This document shows, one piece after another, positions 50,730-63,511 of a stretch of DNA of 64,000 bases; position 1 is the first letter of the stretch, and the number at the start of each line of letters is the position of its first letter. The notes beneath the pieces are model-generated. The model saw only the letters and a list, made by a program, of their open reading frames with translations, had not been told where the DNA came from and did no database searches. The stretch lies in the NCBI RefSeq assembly GCF_964355755.1, contig NC_092680.1, positions 16,005,045 to 16,069,044 of the forward strand, in the 5' to 3' direction. The position numbers and the translations under genes were made by a program. The stretch comes from Antedon mediterranea. Lineage: Eukaryota > Animalia > Echinodermata.

Positions 50730-52889
50730 ATGTATTGGAATGGAGTTATTATCACACTTCTTCTTCTATTACCTTATAAGGCGAACGCAATTGCTATTCT
50801 TGAACCACTGATAGACACTGACGTTATCATTGGTGATACCGTTACATTAAGTGGAACGGTAACGGATAACCCTAACATCCCAGTATCTTGGAGAAGTCAA
50901 CTGGAAAAAACAGACAAATGGGAAGTTCTAACGTATGGAGCGTTCATATTTTCAGCAAAGTCTGATATTCGCAAACGATACAAAATCCAGGTAATTGGAG
51001 AGACCTACAACCTAATAATTTCAAATGTTGAATCGGGTGATGCGGGGGTATTTGAAATTGGTTACATAACTGGCGGTACATTCTTTCCTCTGGATTCTAA
51101 TGTGTTAAGCGTCTTAATACCACCTAATGCAGGATTCCCTGTTTGTGAGGCTAGTCCCGCAGGAAATGAGTACCTTGTAGGACAAATACTAACATTAAAA
51201 TGTCAGACTGAGGGAGGAACGCCTGAGCCTGATATAGTATGGCTAAGGAATGATGTTGAGCTGGAAAGGATAAGCTTAAATAATTCCCTTTCTCGTGAAG
51301 TCAGACTTACAGAATTTGATAATGGAGCGTTGTTTGAGTGCCAACTCGATGGTCCTGCTGTTACTGAAACACTGAGTTGTGAAATAAGTCCTACTGTCGC
51401 AAAACCAATGGTAACTTTAGGCCCATCTGTAGTAGTGATTGATGAAGGACGCGATGCTGTTTTTAACTGTACGGGACAAGGGGTACTATCCCCTACATTT
51501 TCATGGTCATTTCCAACTGAAATCATACAAAGTAGTCGTTTCAAAATTGAAAATGGTGCGACCAGGTTAACCATATTAAAAACCACGATGTCAGACAACA
51601 ATGCAGTTGTAAGATGTGAGATGAACAGTTTTGGCAAAGTCGTAGCTGGAAGGAGCGCAACACTTTTGATTCGGCCAAAGACAACTACAATGCAACCGAC
51701 AACGGTAGCCACAACCGTACGGACAACAATAGCTTTAACTACAACACAACCAACTACAGTATTTCCAACAACTACTCCTCTGAATGTAATTGTAACAACA
51801 ATACAACCACCAACAGATTTGGTTAAAACAAGCCAAACCAATAGAGCAACTACAATCAGAATCAGGCCGATGACAACCAGTTCAAAACCGACAAACAAAG
51901 CAACGACATCTTTTAAAACTACTAATTCCATAACAGAAACACCAACTATCACTGCTTATACGTCATCACCCAAAAACATATATATTACCACTGTTGACAG
52001 TATATCTTCTTCTCCATCTGTTTCTGCTGATGGAGGGGTAACACAGGAAAAGGGTGATAATGGGAGAAAGAACCGACAACATCTTGGACTTATATTTGCA
52101 GCTGCTACTGCAGTACTCATTGTTCTAACTATTGTCATATTTTCTGCGTTTTGTTTAGTTGTCTGCAAGACTCGGGAAAAAAAAGACTCGTTTAATGTGA
52201 GTAATAACGCATCATCGCTGGCGGGAACTGGTGGTGGATCACCTTATAATAATGGCATATTTCGCAATACCTCAGAATATCATGACGACGAATTAACTGG
52301 TACCATCAGTAGCCAACGAGAAAGCCAGGCTAGCGCAACAGAATCGGCTACAGGGGGTACTCAACAACACCCGACATATCCAGAAAATCTGTATACACTG
52401 CCAGCAAAATTAGGCAAGACGACTAAGATATACCACCCAGCATCCAGCTCTCAGCCCGACTTCAGCACCTTTCGGCTTGTAGACGAAAGTTTGCGTAATA
52501 ACAAAGCATTAAGTTCAAACTCACTTGGCAGACGTCCAAAACCGGTGCCGGCACCGAAGCCTCCTCGATCGTACGGAGACTATGAGAATGTAAGTCGTGG
52601 TAACCTTAATGACAATGTAATGGAATCTAATTTTAGTGAGATCGCAGTTGTCGCACATGAGGATACGCCATTGCAGAGTGCAGTTGCTCCAGACCCTATC
52701 GAGACCTCCCCAATCTACGAAAACGGAACTGATATCCGCAATGCTGCTTTAGTAAATTCATCGTCTCCAGAAATTCCCAAACAACCTAGTCCCGATGTTT
52801 CACCAACAAGTTCAAGCATTAATTACACGTATGAAGACGTATTAAAAATAGCAGACTCTTTCTTAAATGATTTGGAACAATTTTCATAA
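50730..52889 (+). CDS. IgSF receptor 6: signal peptide, three Ig domains (V lacking Cys, C2, I/C2), mucin-like Thr stalk, TM, long tail with Tyr and Pro motifs (nectin/CADM/KIRREL-like architecture)
   Basis: ATG 50730 lies after acceptor ttttctgttatttttcag (50642). Leader MYWNGVIITLLLLLPYKANA; LKCQTEGGTPEPDIVW..ALFEC; FNCTG..FSW..VVRC; TM LGLIFAAATAVLIVLTIVIFSAFCLVVC; tail motifs YENV, YENG, YEDV and PKPVPAPKPPR. Confidence 0.92.
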   Translation: MYWNGVIITLLLLLPYKANAIAILEPLIDTDVIIGDTVTLSGTVTDNPNIPVSWRSQLEKTDKWEVLTYGAFIFSAKSDIRKRYKIQVIGETYNLIISNVESGDAGVFEIGYITGGTFFPLDSNVLSVLIPPNAGFPVCEASPAGNEYLVGQILTLKCQTEGGTPEPDIVWLRNDVELERISLNNSLSREVRLTEFDNGALFECQLDGPAVTETLSCEISPTVAKPMVTLGPSVVVIDEGRDAVFNCTGQGVLSPTFSWSFPTEIIQSSRFKIENGATRLTILKTTMSDNNAVVRCEMNSFGKVVAGRSATLLIRPKTTTMQPTTVATTVRTTIALTTTQPTTVFPTTTPLNVIVTTIQPPTDLVKTSQTNRATTIRIRPMTTSSKPTNKATTSFKTTNSITETPTITAYTSSPKNIYITTVDSISSSPSVSADGGVTQEKGDNGRKNRQHLGLIFAAATAVLIVLTIVIFSAFCLVVCKTREKKDSFNVSNNASSLAGTGGGSPYNNGIFRNTSEYHDDELTGTISSQRESQASATESATGGTQQHPTYPENLYTLPAKLGKTTKIYHPASSSQPDFSTFRLVDESLRNNKALSSNSLGRRPKPVPAPKPPRSYGDYENVSRGNLNDNVMESNFSEIAVVAHEDTPLQSAVAPDPIETSPIYENGTDIRNAALVNSSSPEIPKQPSPDVSPTSSSINYTYEDVLKIADSFLNDLEQFS

Positions 52890-53619
52890 GCTGTTTATTG
52901 ACCTAAATACGAGGAAAGGAATGGAAAAATAGACTTAACCTTTTGCCGTATGGTTACACTGCAAATTCATACTTGATCGAACTGGAGATTATTCTGGATT
53001 ATTAAATTATTTATTGAATTTGCGTTTTTCTCTTGACCATTTTTTTATCTCGATGTTGCAATAACTTTTGTTCTCAAATTAAAAACTGTTGACCAAGTCC
53101 AAGGTCAAGAAGAGACAAGAGAAAAACTACGTTTAAGTTATACTAAGTGCATACGTAAAACGGATTATTTGGTCCTTCAGCCGTACACTTGAAACAATAA
53201 CAGTATTTAGGCCTACTAGTGTGCCTTTCTTTTTATTTTGTAACAAATAGTAAAAACAGTACATAGCTCCAGGTGGTGGCAGTCTTTGTAATGAACAATA
53301 TGTTATAAACTATTCGATTTTGAAATGCCTAAGGAATAGCGACATCGTCATTCTTTATCTGTTAATATTTCCAATGATAAAGTTGTCGCAATGCAATACA
53401 ACAACAGTAATGATTAGGCCTAATCAATTATAAGATAATGTTGCTATTATTTAATTTATTAGAGTACCATTTATAACGTTTGTACTGCATGATGAAAATT
53501 ACGTTTACGATTACGTCACTTGTACTGTAAGTAACTTTCTGTAAAACATAGTATTGTGTAAGCATACTATAACATGGATATAAGTTATTAACGTAATACT
53601 TATTTATAAATAGTGGAGC

Positions 53620-54190
53620 TAACGCCTTATAGCGGTGTATCTAATGCAATTGATGCCTTTAGTGGTGTATCTAGCTAACGTGTAGTATTAAACGCTGATG
53701 TATTAAAGTGAGGTATTTAACGCCTATAGACGCTTTAAAGTGCAGCTAACTCTACCTTATAGTAGTGATTTCAATGCAATAGAAGCGCCTTCTATGGTGT
53801 TGTATCTAACGCTAATAGACGTTTATAATGACGTGTCTACGCTAGACGGTTTCTAGTGCGGCTAACGCTATAGACGCCGTCTGGTCAGTTAACAATTTTA
53901 GATGAAGCGAATACAAATCTAAAAATGTAAAGGAATATTGTTAAACAACAAATTCATTGTACAGAATGATAGTTATTAATGAAGCCAGTGCTATATACGC
54001 CTTCTAGTGGTGTATCTAACGTTAGAGACGTCTTATAGTGATGTGTTTAACGCCATAGACGTTTCATAGTGATGTACCTAACGCTAGACGCTTTTAGTGC
54101 AGCTAACGCTATACGCATTTAGTCTAGTCTAGAACGTGTTAACCATTTAGAAGAAGCGAATAAATATCTAAAAATGTAAAAGAATATTGT
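53620..54190 (+). repeat. Degenerate ~27-30 bp tandem repeat with a larger internal duplication
   Basis: Recurrent tagtggtgtatctaacgctatagacg-like units; gaagcgaata..atctaaaaatgtaaa occurs twice. Confidence 0.65.
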
Positions 54191-55163
54191 TAAAATTCCT
54201 ATGTAGGCCTATATATTTATTATTAATGTAATGCGAAATGAATTTTAACTTAATTAGTGTGTAAATAGATTGATTGATTTCCACAAAAAAAAACAGAGAA
54301 AATGCATTGTACAGGAATTTTAGTTATTGGTGAAGTTTACAATTGATTTGTAATTCAATCAAATTTGTTTATAATTAAATATGAGTTATTACGTTTTTGA
54401 ACTTATTTTGTATTGATTGTTGTTAAAAACACAGTTGTGAATGAATATGATAACGTAAGTGCGCTGTATGTGTTTTAAAACGTTCTTTCCAATCAAACTA
54501 TTTCATAGAAGTTTCGTCATGTAAGCTGATATAAGTGTTATAATAACCGCGCTAAGCCATGTATTAAATAAATGTGGACGATCTGGCCTAATTTTACTTA
54601 AGTGCTGAATGGTATTCGAAAAAAATATATATTCTTGAAAAGGCTGTCTAAACAAATCGTATATGCACACCTCTTTGTAAGGAAAACATTGAAATCATAA
54701 AAACAAAAAATAACTTGAAATACTAATAAAGCCTACTATAGTTGTAGGGCTATCTATACAGTGACCGTGTTGTACGCTGAACTCGAACAGTTAAAATGAT
54801 GTGTACCAATTACTAGGGGCCAGAGGCCTAAAGTAAATAAAGTCAGGCGATAAGCCTGAATGAATGAATTGCACAAAAATACTATAAAAGCAAGAAAATA
54901 ACGTATTCCTTTATAAATAAAAATTGCTTTGTAGTTCGTTCGTAAGGATCGAAAATAATAAATATGATAAATTCCATCGTTTGTACATTAACGAACACAG
55001 ATATGATTTTGTAAAGAGAAGGGCGGACGCCTTTTGTGTATTTGTTCTGCCCCAAGTGTACTTGATGGGTTGACACGAAGCGAAACTGTATGGCATTTTC
55101 CACCGAAATAGGGAGAGACTTGTGTTTTGCGATAAATAAGACGAAAAAAAAAACTGTTATTAA

Positions 55164-55469
55164 AGATGTATTGTCCCCCTGTTTCTTTTTTTAATATGCC
55201 ATTTTAATGTTACATATTAGTTATTCACTTTGACAAAAAATTGGATTGAAAAAAAATCATTTACCTGAAAAAACTGTACTTTAAAGCAAAAAATAGTCAA
55301 ATTGGCTGCCAGCCAAACTAAGGTTATTGGTTGAATTTGAGTAAAAACATTATTTCTATTGGATTTTTTCTATGGAAGTGAATAACTTTATTATAACTAC
55401 AAAATAGCCTATTCAAAGTCCGATTTTATTAATTTTCATTTTTCATGTTTTTTGGGGGACAAAACATCT
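55164..55469. mobile_element. Kolobok-like MITE with TTAA target duplication
   Basis: TTAA|AGATGTATTGTCCCCC ... GGGGGACAAAACATCT|TTAA; related termini at 18360, ~36952 and ~57949. Confidence 0.75.
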
Positions 55470-58077
55470 TTAACATTTCTAACATAAAATATCAATAAAC
55501 ATCATTAAATTACACAGTCGTACTAAAAAGATACATTTTATGCAACTGTTTTTTCCTAAAATGTTGAAATAAATTCAATTATCCTTTGATGATATGGTTT
55601 ACTGTTCAAATGGCTAGTTATTCTCCAAGGAAGGTATACAATTTTTAGAATAATCCCTAAATTTAACGGACATGTAATAAAATCTATAGTATGCCAATCA
55701 ATGATCTGTTAATACGTTATTGTTATTATGCAACGTTAACTACTCATTTGCATGCATGATTCGAGCACATGTTATCTTTCTTACAGGTTAGGCGGGTTAG
55801 ACCAGACTCATTCATAATGTATACGTATTTCAATACTTTATTTTCGTTGTGTTAATTGATTGTTATGCAATTAAGTCTAAAAGTTAGACTATATGGAAGT
55901 CTACTTATGCTGTACTAAATACATCTATAATTTCAATTTTAAATCACATATTTTGGCTAATTGAATTTGATTGTTTACATTGAATTAAAACAATCGTTTA
56001 TATGTGTTTAAAGGAAGTCTGGTAGTGCTAAAAAAAAATTAGTTAGGGTATAGTAAAGGGAAATTGTAATTTAACTGCACCCGGTTTTGCAATAAAATAT
56101 GGCACTAATTAAAACAGATATTGTTCTTTATAACGAAGTGCAGTGTGGGTAAAATAATGATGCCCTGATCACAATATCAAGCGAGTACAATAATTAGGCA
56201 ATATATGTAAACGTTTAGGAGTACGTTTTTAATCTCTTGAGTGGGTCTATCCTGTCCTTATACCATGGTAAAGAATTAGAAATGTTGAGTGTTTAGTAGG
56301 CTAGATGATAGTCAAAACTATTATGTTACTGCTGTTATGTTACTGTTTTCTGCAAAACGTCGTGAGGTGCCGATTAATCGTACGATCAAAACGGTACTGG
56401 GTAAGATCAACTAGCGTGCGTGTTCCCACCTAATTATCCATTCATAGAAGTACTGATGAAGATATCAATCTGTGGCGACAATAGAATGGACCGGAGACCT
56501 GGCTATCTTCGACTTTTAAATAATAGAAAGTTTAGAAAAAATTGTGTTAGGGTACAAATGTACGTAGGCCTCGTATGATGTGTATGTTTATTGAAAAATG
56601 GTAATAGTTTTCTAAATCAATTTTTACAAGTTGTGATGAGAAAACTGATATTTGATCGTTAGTTGACGTGTACTAAAGTGAAACATAAATAAAATAATAA
56701 CAATTGTTAGTAAGATATAAGGAAAAAAGGCAAAGAAATTATGGGGCGACTGTACCAGAATATACAACAATAAGTATTGTAAGGTTAGAATACTAAAAAA
56801 TTTAGGCGATCTTGTCAAAGGTCAAGCGCCTTCAGTCTGCCACGTTTCAATATTCAATATTGAACTTGATTTTTCAACAATTGCATATTTAAACATGTTA
56901 AAGTGTAAACACACTGCAGTAAATTCGGTAGGTAATTTTGATTTTGTCCCATACCGTGCATTCCTTATGATCAATTAGGTTTAAATTAGGCAAATAACGA
57001 GGAAACACTTAATGAGATCAAGTAAAGTATTGGTTTACTTACTGAATTACAAATACAATACTTATGATCATGATGAAATTAAATTGCATAAGTACTAACT
57101 TACATACATTTTTGTTTAATATACAATTTACAGTTCGACAACAAAATTATTATCAGCGGAACGAGATACAATTAGCACTTTTAAAAGCTATAAACTTTTG
57201 GTTTATTAGTATGCAAATTGGAATGCGCCCTCTATATCGTCACACATCGGTACCAAGTGTTTCTAAAAAGAAGTATAACTTTATAAAATGTGTGTATATA
57301 TCCATAGTTTTGGCATGGTAATAAGTCCCTATGTGCTTGATAGCTCCAAACCCATATATTCAGATTCGAGAGAAAACTGTGTTCTTAAATTCAAATTAAA
57401 TAGGCCTACAGAAATTACCAATGTAATGCAGTGCAAAGCAAGTACAGTGAAATCGTATAGTAGGCTATCGCTGATAAATAACAATCACAATAGGCGGAAT
57501 TCATTAAATCCGATCGTTGTGATACCGATTTCAGTTAAATACTTCCATTCGGTATCATTCATTCAAACATGTAGTAATAATAATCATGTCTGCAAAAATT
57601 ATATAAAAACTGACATAAAAACTAAAATATTTGTAAAGAATACATTTATTGAAATGTCAATTAAACATCTAAATGCGACATATTTCCACGAATCATCCTT
57701 TTGCCTGATGGAATTTGTAGAATATGATTTATACCAAAGGTCGACAATTCTTAAGAACCTAACCAATTATTAATTTCAATGCCAAATAGATTACATTTTT
57801 TTCCTACATAACTACGAGATTCGTCATAACGTAATGTTGTTGTTGAACGTTAAAAACAGTGAACCATTCTATGAAGAATGTCGCCTGTTCAAGCGGCGGT
57901 AGTTACATTCAGCCATGCTACGATGTATAAATATAACACTTTTTTAAAAGATGTATTGTCACCTAAAAACATGAGGAGAAATTTGCATTTATTTACGAAA
58001 TATTTGCACATAAATTACAACAGTTTCAAAACGTGGATTGCAAATTCAACTGCTTAGAGTCTGACGCCTTGATCAAC

Positions 58078-58455
58078 TAGCGCATTCGTTTTAAAATCCT
58101 GTTGCTGACATATAAGGCCATCAACGGATGTGCTCCAGCCTACATATGTGACATCATTACTCCGTCAACCAACTCTTCGCTTCGTTCATCCAGCAGACTT
58201 CTTCTAAAACCTGGACCCCGTTCCAGAACTCGGTTTTACGGTGATCGTGCTTTCGCTGTCGCAGCCCCAAAACTCTGGAACACTCTACCACTCGAAATAC
58301 GCTCATCAAAATCTGTTATCACATTTAAAACTAAACTCAAAACTCATCTCTTCAGAGAAGCATAATCGCACGCTACTACTTGCACTGATCTTGGAAAACA
58401 CAGCGCTTTGAAACCTTTGTCTCTTGCGCTTTATAAATGTTATTTATTATTATTA
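58078..58455 (+). mobile_element. 3' fragment of an L2-clade LINE
   Basis: RIRFKILLLTYKAING.AP.Y..YGDRAFAVAAPKLWNTLP..FKTKLKTHLF followed by a (tat)n tail. Confidence 0.88.
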
Positions 58456-59689
58456 AAATGTTATTTATTAACTAAACGATTTAAAACATCTAATACCGTC
58501 CCCCATTACTATTGAAAATCTGGTTAATATAAAAGAGTAGGCATAAAAGCCAGGGAGATAAACTCTTTTATTTACCTAAACTATACGAGGTCGATACCTT
58601 TATAAGGATTATAAAAGGTCACTATGTCAAACCAATGTATACAAAACAGTTTTATAATTGTATCACTGTTTATTTATTTATTTTTTAGTAGGTGGTAAAC
58701 ACAAACAAATGTACAAACCCAACATACAATACCAAGTATAATATACAAAAGATTGTTTACTGATATTGCTGCACGCACTAGGAATTAACAGTGATCTGAC
58801 AATAATATAACAGAACGATGGATTTGGATCGGACTTAGCATACCATTGCCAAATAATATGATCACTAGGTACGTTTAAATACAGAGACAAACACTAAAAC
58901 CTGGAATGGCCCATTTAAGTAATCTTTTTCTGTTGAGTTTATTGACTTGAAGTATTAAATATATTTCTTTTATATAGTAAAACTCCAGTGGCACATCAAG
59001 AGGGTATGCAGCATAATATAAGCACACTATTTTTCAATATTTGGTTTGTTATGGTGTTTTGGGCAGATGGACTTCGAAATTGAAATACAGTAGAAAACCT
59101 CCTTTTGGACACCCATTCAGAAGACACCCTAGTTAGGGTACACTTCCATTGAAATAAATATCACAAACAAACAGATGTTCAGTAAACAATAATATTAATA
59201 AACAATAACATTTTTTAAATGTTATTTTTTTTAATGGGGTACATGGTCCCTTTAAAAGTTCTGAGCTATGCATAGCACAACTTCTTAAATACCTCCTTAT
59301 ACCGATATACATTTTTGTGAAAAATAAAAATATATATATATATTTTTTTACAAAATATATTTACACACCAGCTGTTGACCAATCGTAGTGTGTGAATTGC
59401 CCTATCTCTGTTTGTATTCTAATAGACTATCATTATATGTACAATCAACCTTAACAATAAATATAAGTACAGCACAATACTTGGAAAAAAAACAATCACA
59501 ATTAGATAAATCGGAATTATAACTTTTAGATAGATAAACTCACACAAACTGAAGTGTTTAAAACCATTTAGGGCACAACATATCTGTTAAAAGGTTAAAC
59601 GTATTTATTCTGGTCCTCAAGCTTAACTGGAAATTGACGAAATTCGGATTAGGCCCTCCACTGACCAACAGCAGCTAGTAGTACAGCGC

Positions 59690-59871
59690 CTATCAGATCA
59701 GAACACTAGGAGACGATCTTTTTGAATAGTGTACCAAGTTCTTTAAAGTGAACCATCACTTTCCGGTATATACAGCACCCGCCATTATTCCCAGGCGGTC
59801 TCTCTTCCAGAACGCATTTGGGCCTAATGTTGATTAACCTGACCGGTGTTTCAACGCAGTATAGCCGTATG
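59690..59871 (-). mobile_element. Degenerate 5S-rRNA-derived SINE (SINE3-like) with Deu-type core
   Basis: Minus strand: tacggctatactgcgttgaaacaccgg...gagaccgcctgggaata..gggtgctgta (5S-like), then cactttaaagaacttggtacactattc (core as in the SINE at 12621). Confidence 0.6.
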
Positions 59872-59949
59872 TTGTTTTTTCAATTTTTAATAACATATTA
59901 TTCCAACATAATTTAATTTATTATTTACTGTACTAAACCTATAAATATT

Positions 59950-60101
59950 TCACATCTTTTCATATGTAAGTTTATGACCACACTCGCATTCCTTGCTGTA
60001 CATGTCATTCTCCTCATCTATACAAACTTCCTCTCCGTAACTATGGTGATGCTCTGACAAATCTCTAGTCCAAAGGCTAGTTCGAACTTCCTTTCTAAGA
60101 G
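59950..60101 (-). CDS. XPA: XPA, last coding exon
   Basis: LRKEVRTSLW..HHHSYGEE..DMYSKECECGHKLTYEKM* matches the XPA C-terminus; AG acceptor at 60102-60103. Confidence 0.95.
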
Positions 60102-60169
60102 CTATAAAGACAATAGTTTTTTGTGGATGTAAATTTGCTGAGCTGAGGTTGGCAGAGTTACCTAACTTC

Positions 60170-61652
60170 TCCACCCAGCCTAAATCTTATCTTGAGGCCT
60201 TCAGCTCAGCCTTACGCTTATTTTAAGGCCTTCCACCCAGCCTAAAGTTTATCTTAAGGCCTTCAACCCAGCCTAAAGTATATCTTAAGGTCTTCCACTA
60301 AGGCTAGGCTTATCTTAAGGCCTTCCACCAAGCCTAAAGCTTATCTGAAGGCCTTCCACCAAGCCTAGGGCTTATCTTAAGGCCTTCCACCAAGCCTAAA
60401 GCTTATCATAAGGCCCTCCACCAAGCCTAAAGCTTATCTTAAGGCCTTCCACTAAAGCTTATCTTAAGGCCTTCCACCCAGCCTAAAGTTTACCTTAAGG
60501 CCTTCAACCTAGCCTGAATTTTATCTTAAGGACATCAACCTAGCCTAAAGCTTATCTTAAGACCTTCAACTAAAGCTTATCTTAAGGCCTTCCACCCAGC
60601 CTAAAGCTTACCTTAAGGCCTTCAACCTAGCCTGAATCTTATCTTAAGGCCTTCCACCAAGCCTAAAGCTTATCTTAAGGCCTTCCACCCAGCCAAAAGC
60701 TTATCTTAATGCCTTTCAACAAGCCTAAAACTTATTTTAAGGCCTTCCACTAAGGCTAAAGCTTATCTTAAGGCCTTCCACCCAGCCTAAAGCTTACCTT
60801 AAGGCCTTCAACCTAGCCTGAATCTTATCTTAAGGCCATCAACCTAGCCTAAAGCTTATTTTAAGGCCTTTCAACCAGCCTAAAGCGTATTTTAAGGTCT
60901 TCCACTCAGCCTAAAGGGCTTATCTTAAGGCCTTCCACCAAGCCTAAAGCTTATCATAAGGCCTTCCACCCAGCCAAAAGCTTATCTTAAGGCCTTTAAA
61001 CAAGCCTAAAGCTTATCTTAAGGCCTTCCACTAAGGCTAAAGCTTATCTTAAGGCCTTCCACCTAGCCTAAAGCTTACCTTAAGGCCTTCAACCTAGCCT
61101 GAATCTTATCTTAAGGCCATCAACCTAGCCTAAAGCTTATTTTAAGGCCTTTCAACCAGCCTAAAGCTTATCGTAAGGCCTTCAACCTAGCCTGAATCTT
61201 ATCTTAAGGCCTTCCACCCAGCCTAAAGCTTATCTTAAGGCCTTCAACCAAGCTTAAGGCTTACCTTAAAGCCTTTCACCCAGCCTAAAGCTAATATTTT
61301 GACCTTCCATCTATCCTAAAGATTACCTTAAGGCCTTCCACCAAGCCAAAAGCTTATCTTAAAGCCTTTCACCTAGCCTAAAGCTTATCTTAAGGCCATC
61401 CACCCAGCCTAAAGCTTACCTTAAGACCTTCCACCTAGCTTAAAGCTTACCTTAAGGCCATCCACCCAGCCTAAAGCTTACTTTAAAGCCTTCCACCCAG
61501 CCTAAAGCTAATTTTTTGGCATTCCACCTAGCCTAAAGCTTACCTTAAGGCCTTCCACCTAGCCTATAGCTTAGCTAAGGCCATCCACACAGCCTAAAGC
61601 TTACCTTAAGGCCTCCCACCTAGCCCAAAGCTTATCCTAATGCTTTCCAACC
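60170..61652 (+). repeat. 31-bp minisatellite (about 47 diverged copies) in the last XPA intron
   Basis: Unit aaggccttccacccagcctaaagcttatctt. Confidence 0.95.
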
Positions 61653-61832
61653 TAAGAAACATCTGTTAGCTGAAAGTACTTTTTGTATATTTCATGCCTA
61701 ACTTTTGGATATCCACCGCTTTTTCTTTCTAACTACATCCAAAATGAATGGCATAAAACCATTAATATTATATACATATATATATTTTTGTAGTGTAGTG
61801 AAAAAAACCTTAAAAAGAAGTCCACAAATTAC

Positions 61833-61950
61833 CTTGTATTTTTTTGTTAAATTTCTTTCGTTTTGCCTTCTCTTGATTGTCTACTCGTTTCTGCTTTTCC
61901 TCTTCAATTGCCTCAAAACTTTCCCATATTGATAACGCCTTTTCTTCTAC
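61833..61950 (-). CDS. XPA: XPA internal exon (118 bp)
   Basis: VEEKALSIWESFEAIEEEKQKRVDNQEKAKRKKFNKKIQ; AG/GT boundaries; phase compatible with neighbouring exons. Confidence 0.93.
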
Positions 61951-62837
61951 CTGTGTAGTACACAACAGTTGTATTACTTGATTAGACAATTCCATATTTA
62001 ACAATAGAGAATGAATATCAGGTGTTAAGTCCATTATGATTAAGGCCAATTTACATAAACAACCGGTAATAACAATATAGGATCTACGTTATTCATTATG
62101 ACCATTTACACGAAAAGCTGAGCAGACGGACGGTTTGCCGCTGAGAATAGATACTGAATCTACATGGGACAAGCTAAACAGTTTTCTGCTTACCGTTACC
62201 GCTCGTCTGTGTAAATTGGCCTTTAGAATGTTGTCAACTAAAATGTGTTGTATAAGAACAGCTTATTATATATAGCACATAGTTTTTCACTTTATTTGTA
62301 TACCTTATATAGGCATCAATGCTCAATTGCAGGGAATAATTTCGCCAGTGTAGCATAGCAAAAAGCTATACAAAAAAACCTTTTTGCTACACATTTCTAC
62401 AATTGTGTAGCAAAAAATACAATACAAAACTATGTTTCTTAACTAAAAAATCATTTTGATTAGCAATTTTGCTAAACAAAATTTTCAAATGAAATTTTTC
62501 CCCGAATTGTATACTTTTTATAGTTATTGTACGGTCGAGAAAATATAATGCTTTGTTAAAGATTGAAGCGTTGAATCATGGCTTCCCACTCATTATTACA
62601 ATTTTGTTTTATGCCATGTTATTTAAACATAATCAGTGTATCTAATGCTATTAATAGGCCTATCTAAAAATACTATATACTATTGTAATAAGACTTTGTT
62701 TATGTTAAGCATCTTGTGAATGTTTGTCTTGTGAACAGGATTGCCACCTTAAGAAGGATAGTTAATGAATTCGCTAATGGTTATCCAATTTGTCTAAATG
62801 TATAATAACAAAAAAAATATATAAAAAAATGATTTAC

Positions 62838-63003
62838 CTGTTTTTTTAGATATAATTTCATGTCTCCCCATTTGGAATTGTGAGGATTTTTTCTAAGAAT
62901 GTACTTTAGTATTGGTTCCCGTTTATCTAAGTCTACATCCTTTAATAGGTAGTGGTTCCTTGCATCTGTCTTTGTAATCAGTTCATGCCGATCATCTTTA
63001 TTT
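62838..63003 (-). CDS. XPA: XPA internal exon (166 bp), DNA-binding domain
   Basis: [53 protein letters not shown]. Confidence 0.96.
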
Positions 63004-63511
63004 CTGTAGGGAGAAAAATTAGTAAAGTTTAAGGTTGTTTGAACTGACAATAAATATTGGTACTACAGTAGAGTTAGGTCATTTGAGCATATTGAGGGAA
63101 CACCTCTATTAAGGGGGCACTTTTCTGTTAAACGAAAAAGAGACAAGTAACCCCTTATTAAGGGGAAACCCCTATTAAATGGACACGTTGTTGGGTCCCC
63201 TTAACCCTTTCACTGCACAAATGTTCTAAAACAAAATGTTCATTTTGACATCAATTCAGATACAATCAAATTTCATTTGGTAAAAAAGTAATAAGAAATA
63301 TTGCAACTCTTTAAATTAAAGATTAATAATGTTGATACCGTATGATAACAAGATCATATATTTTTATTCTTTCAACATTCTAATACAGTCTATCTAGAAA
63401 AGACGTCATCATGCTGCCTTGAAAAAAGGCCCTCTCTTTTCAAAGAGAGGGGCCTTGACATGGACTTCTTTTCGAGGTTTTAAGATACTTAAATTAAAAA
63501 TTCCAACAAAC

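Noticed and set aside
51203-51952. 249-aa antisense ORF, and similar antisense ORFs over the other Ig and kinase genes
   Set aside because: Shadow frames of real coding sequence (the Val-rich mirror of Thr codons) with no independent motifs.
57288-57773. 161-aa ORF, and other short AT-rich ORFs such as 10548-10901
   Set aside because: No recognisable domain or splice structure; composition is typical of chance ORFs.
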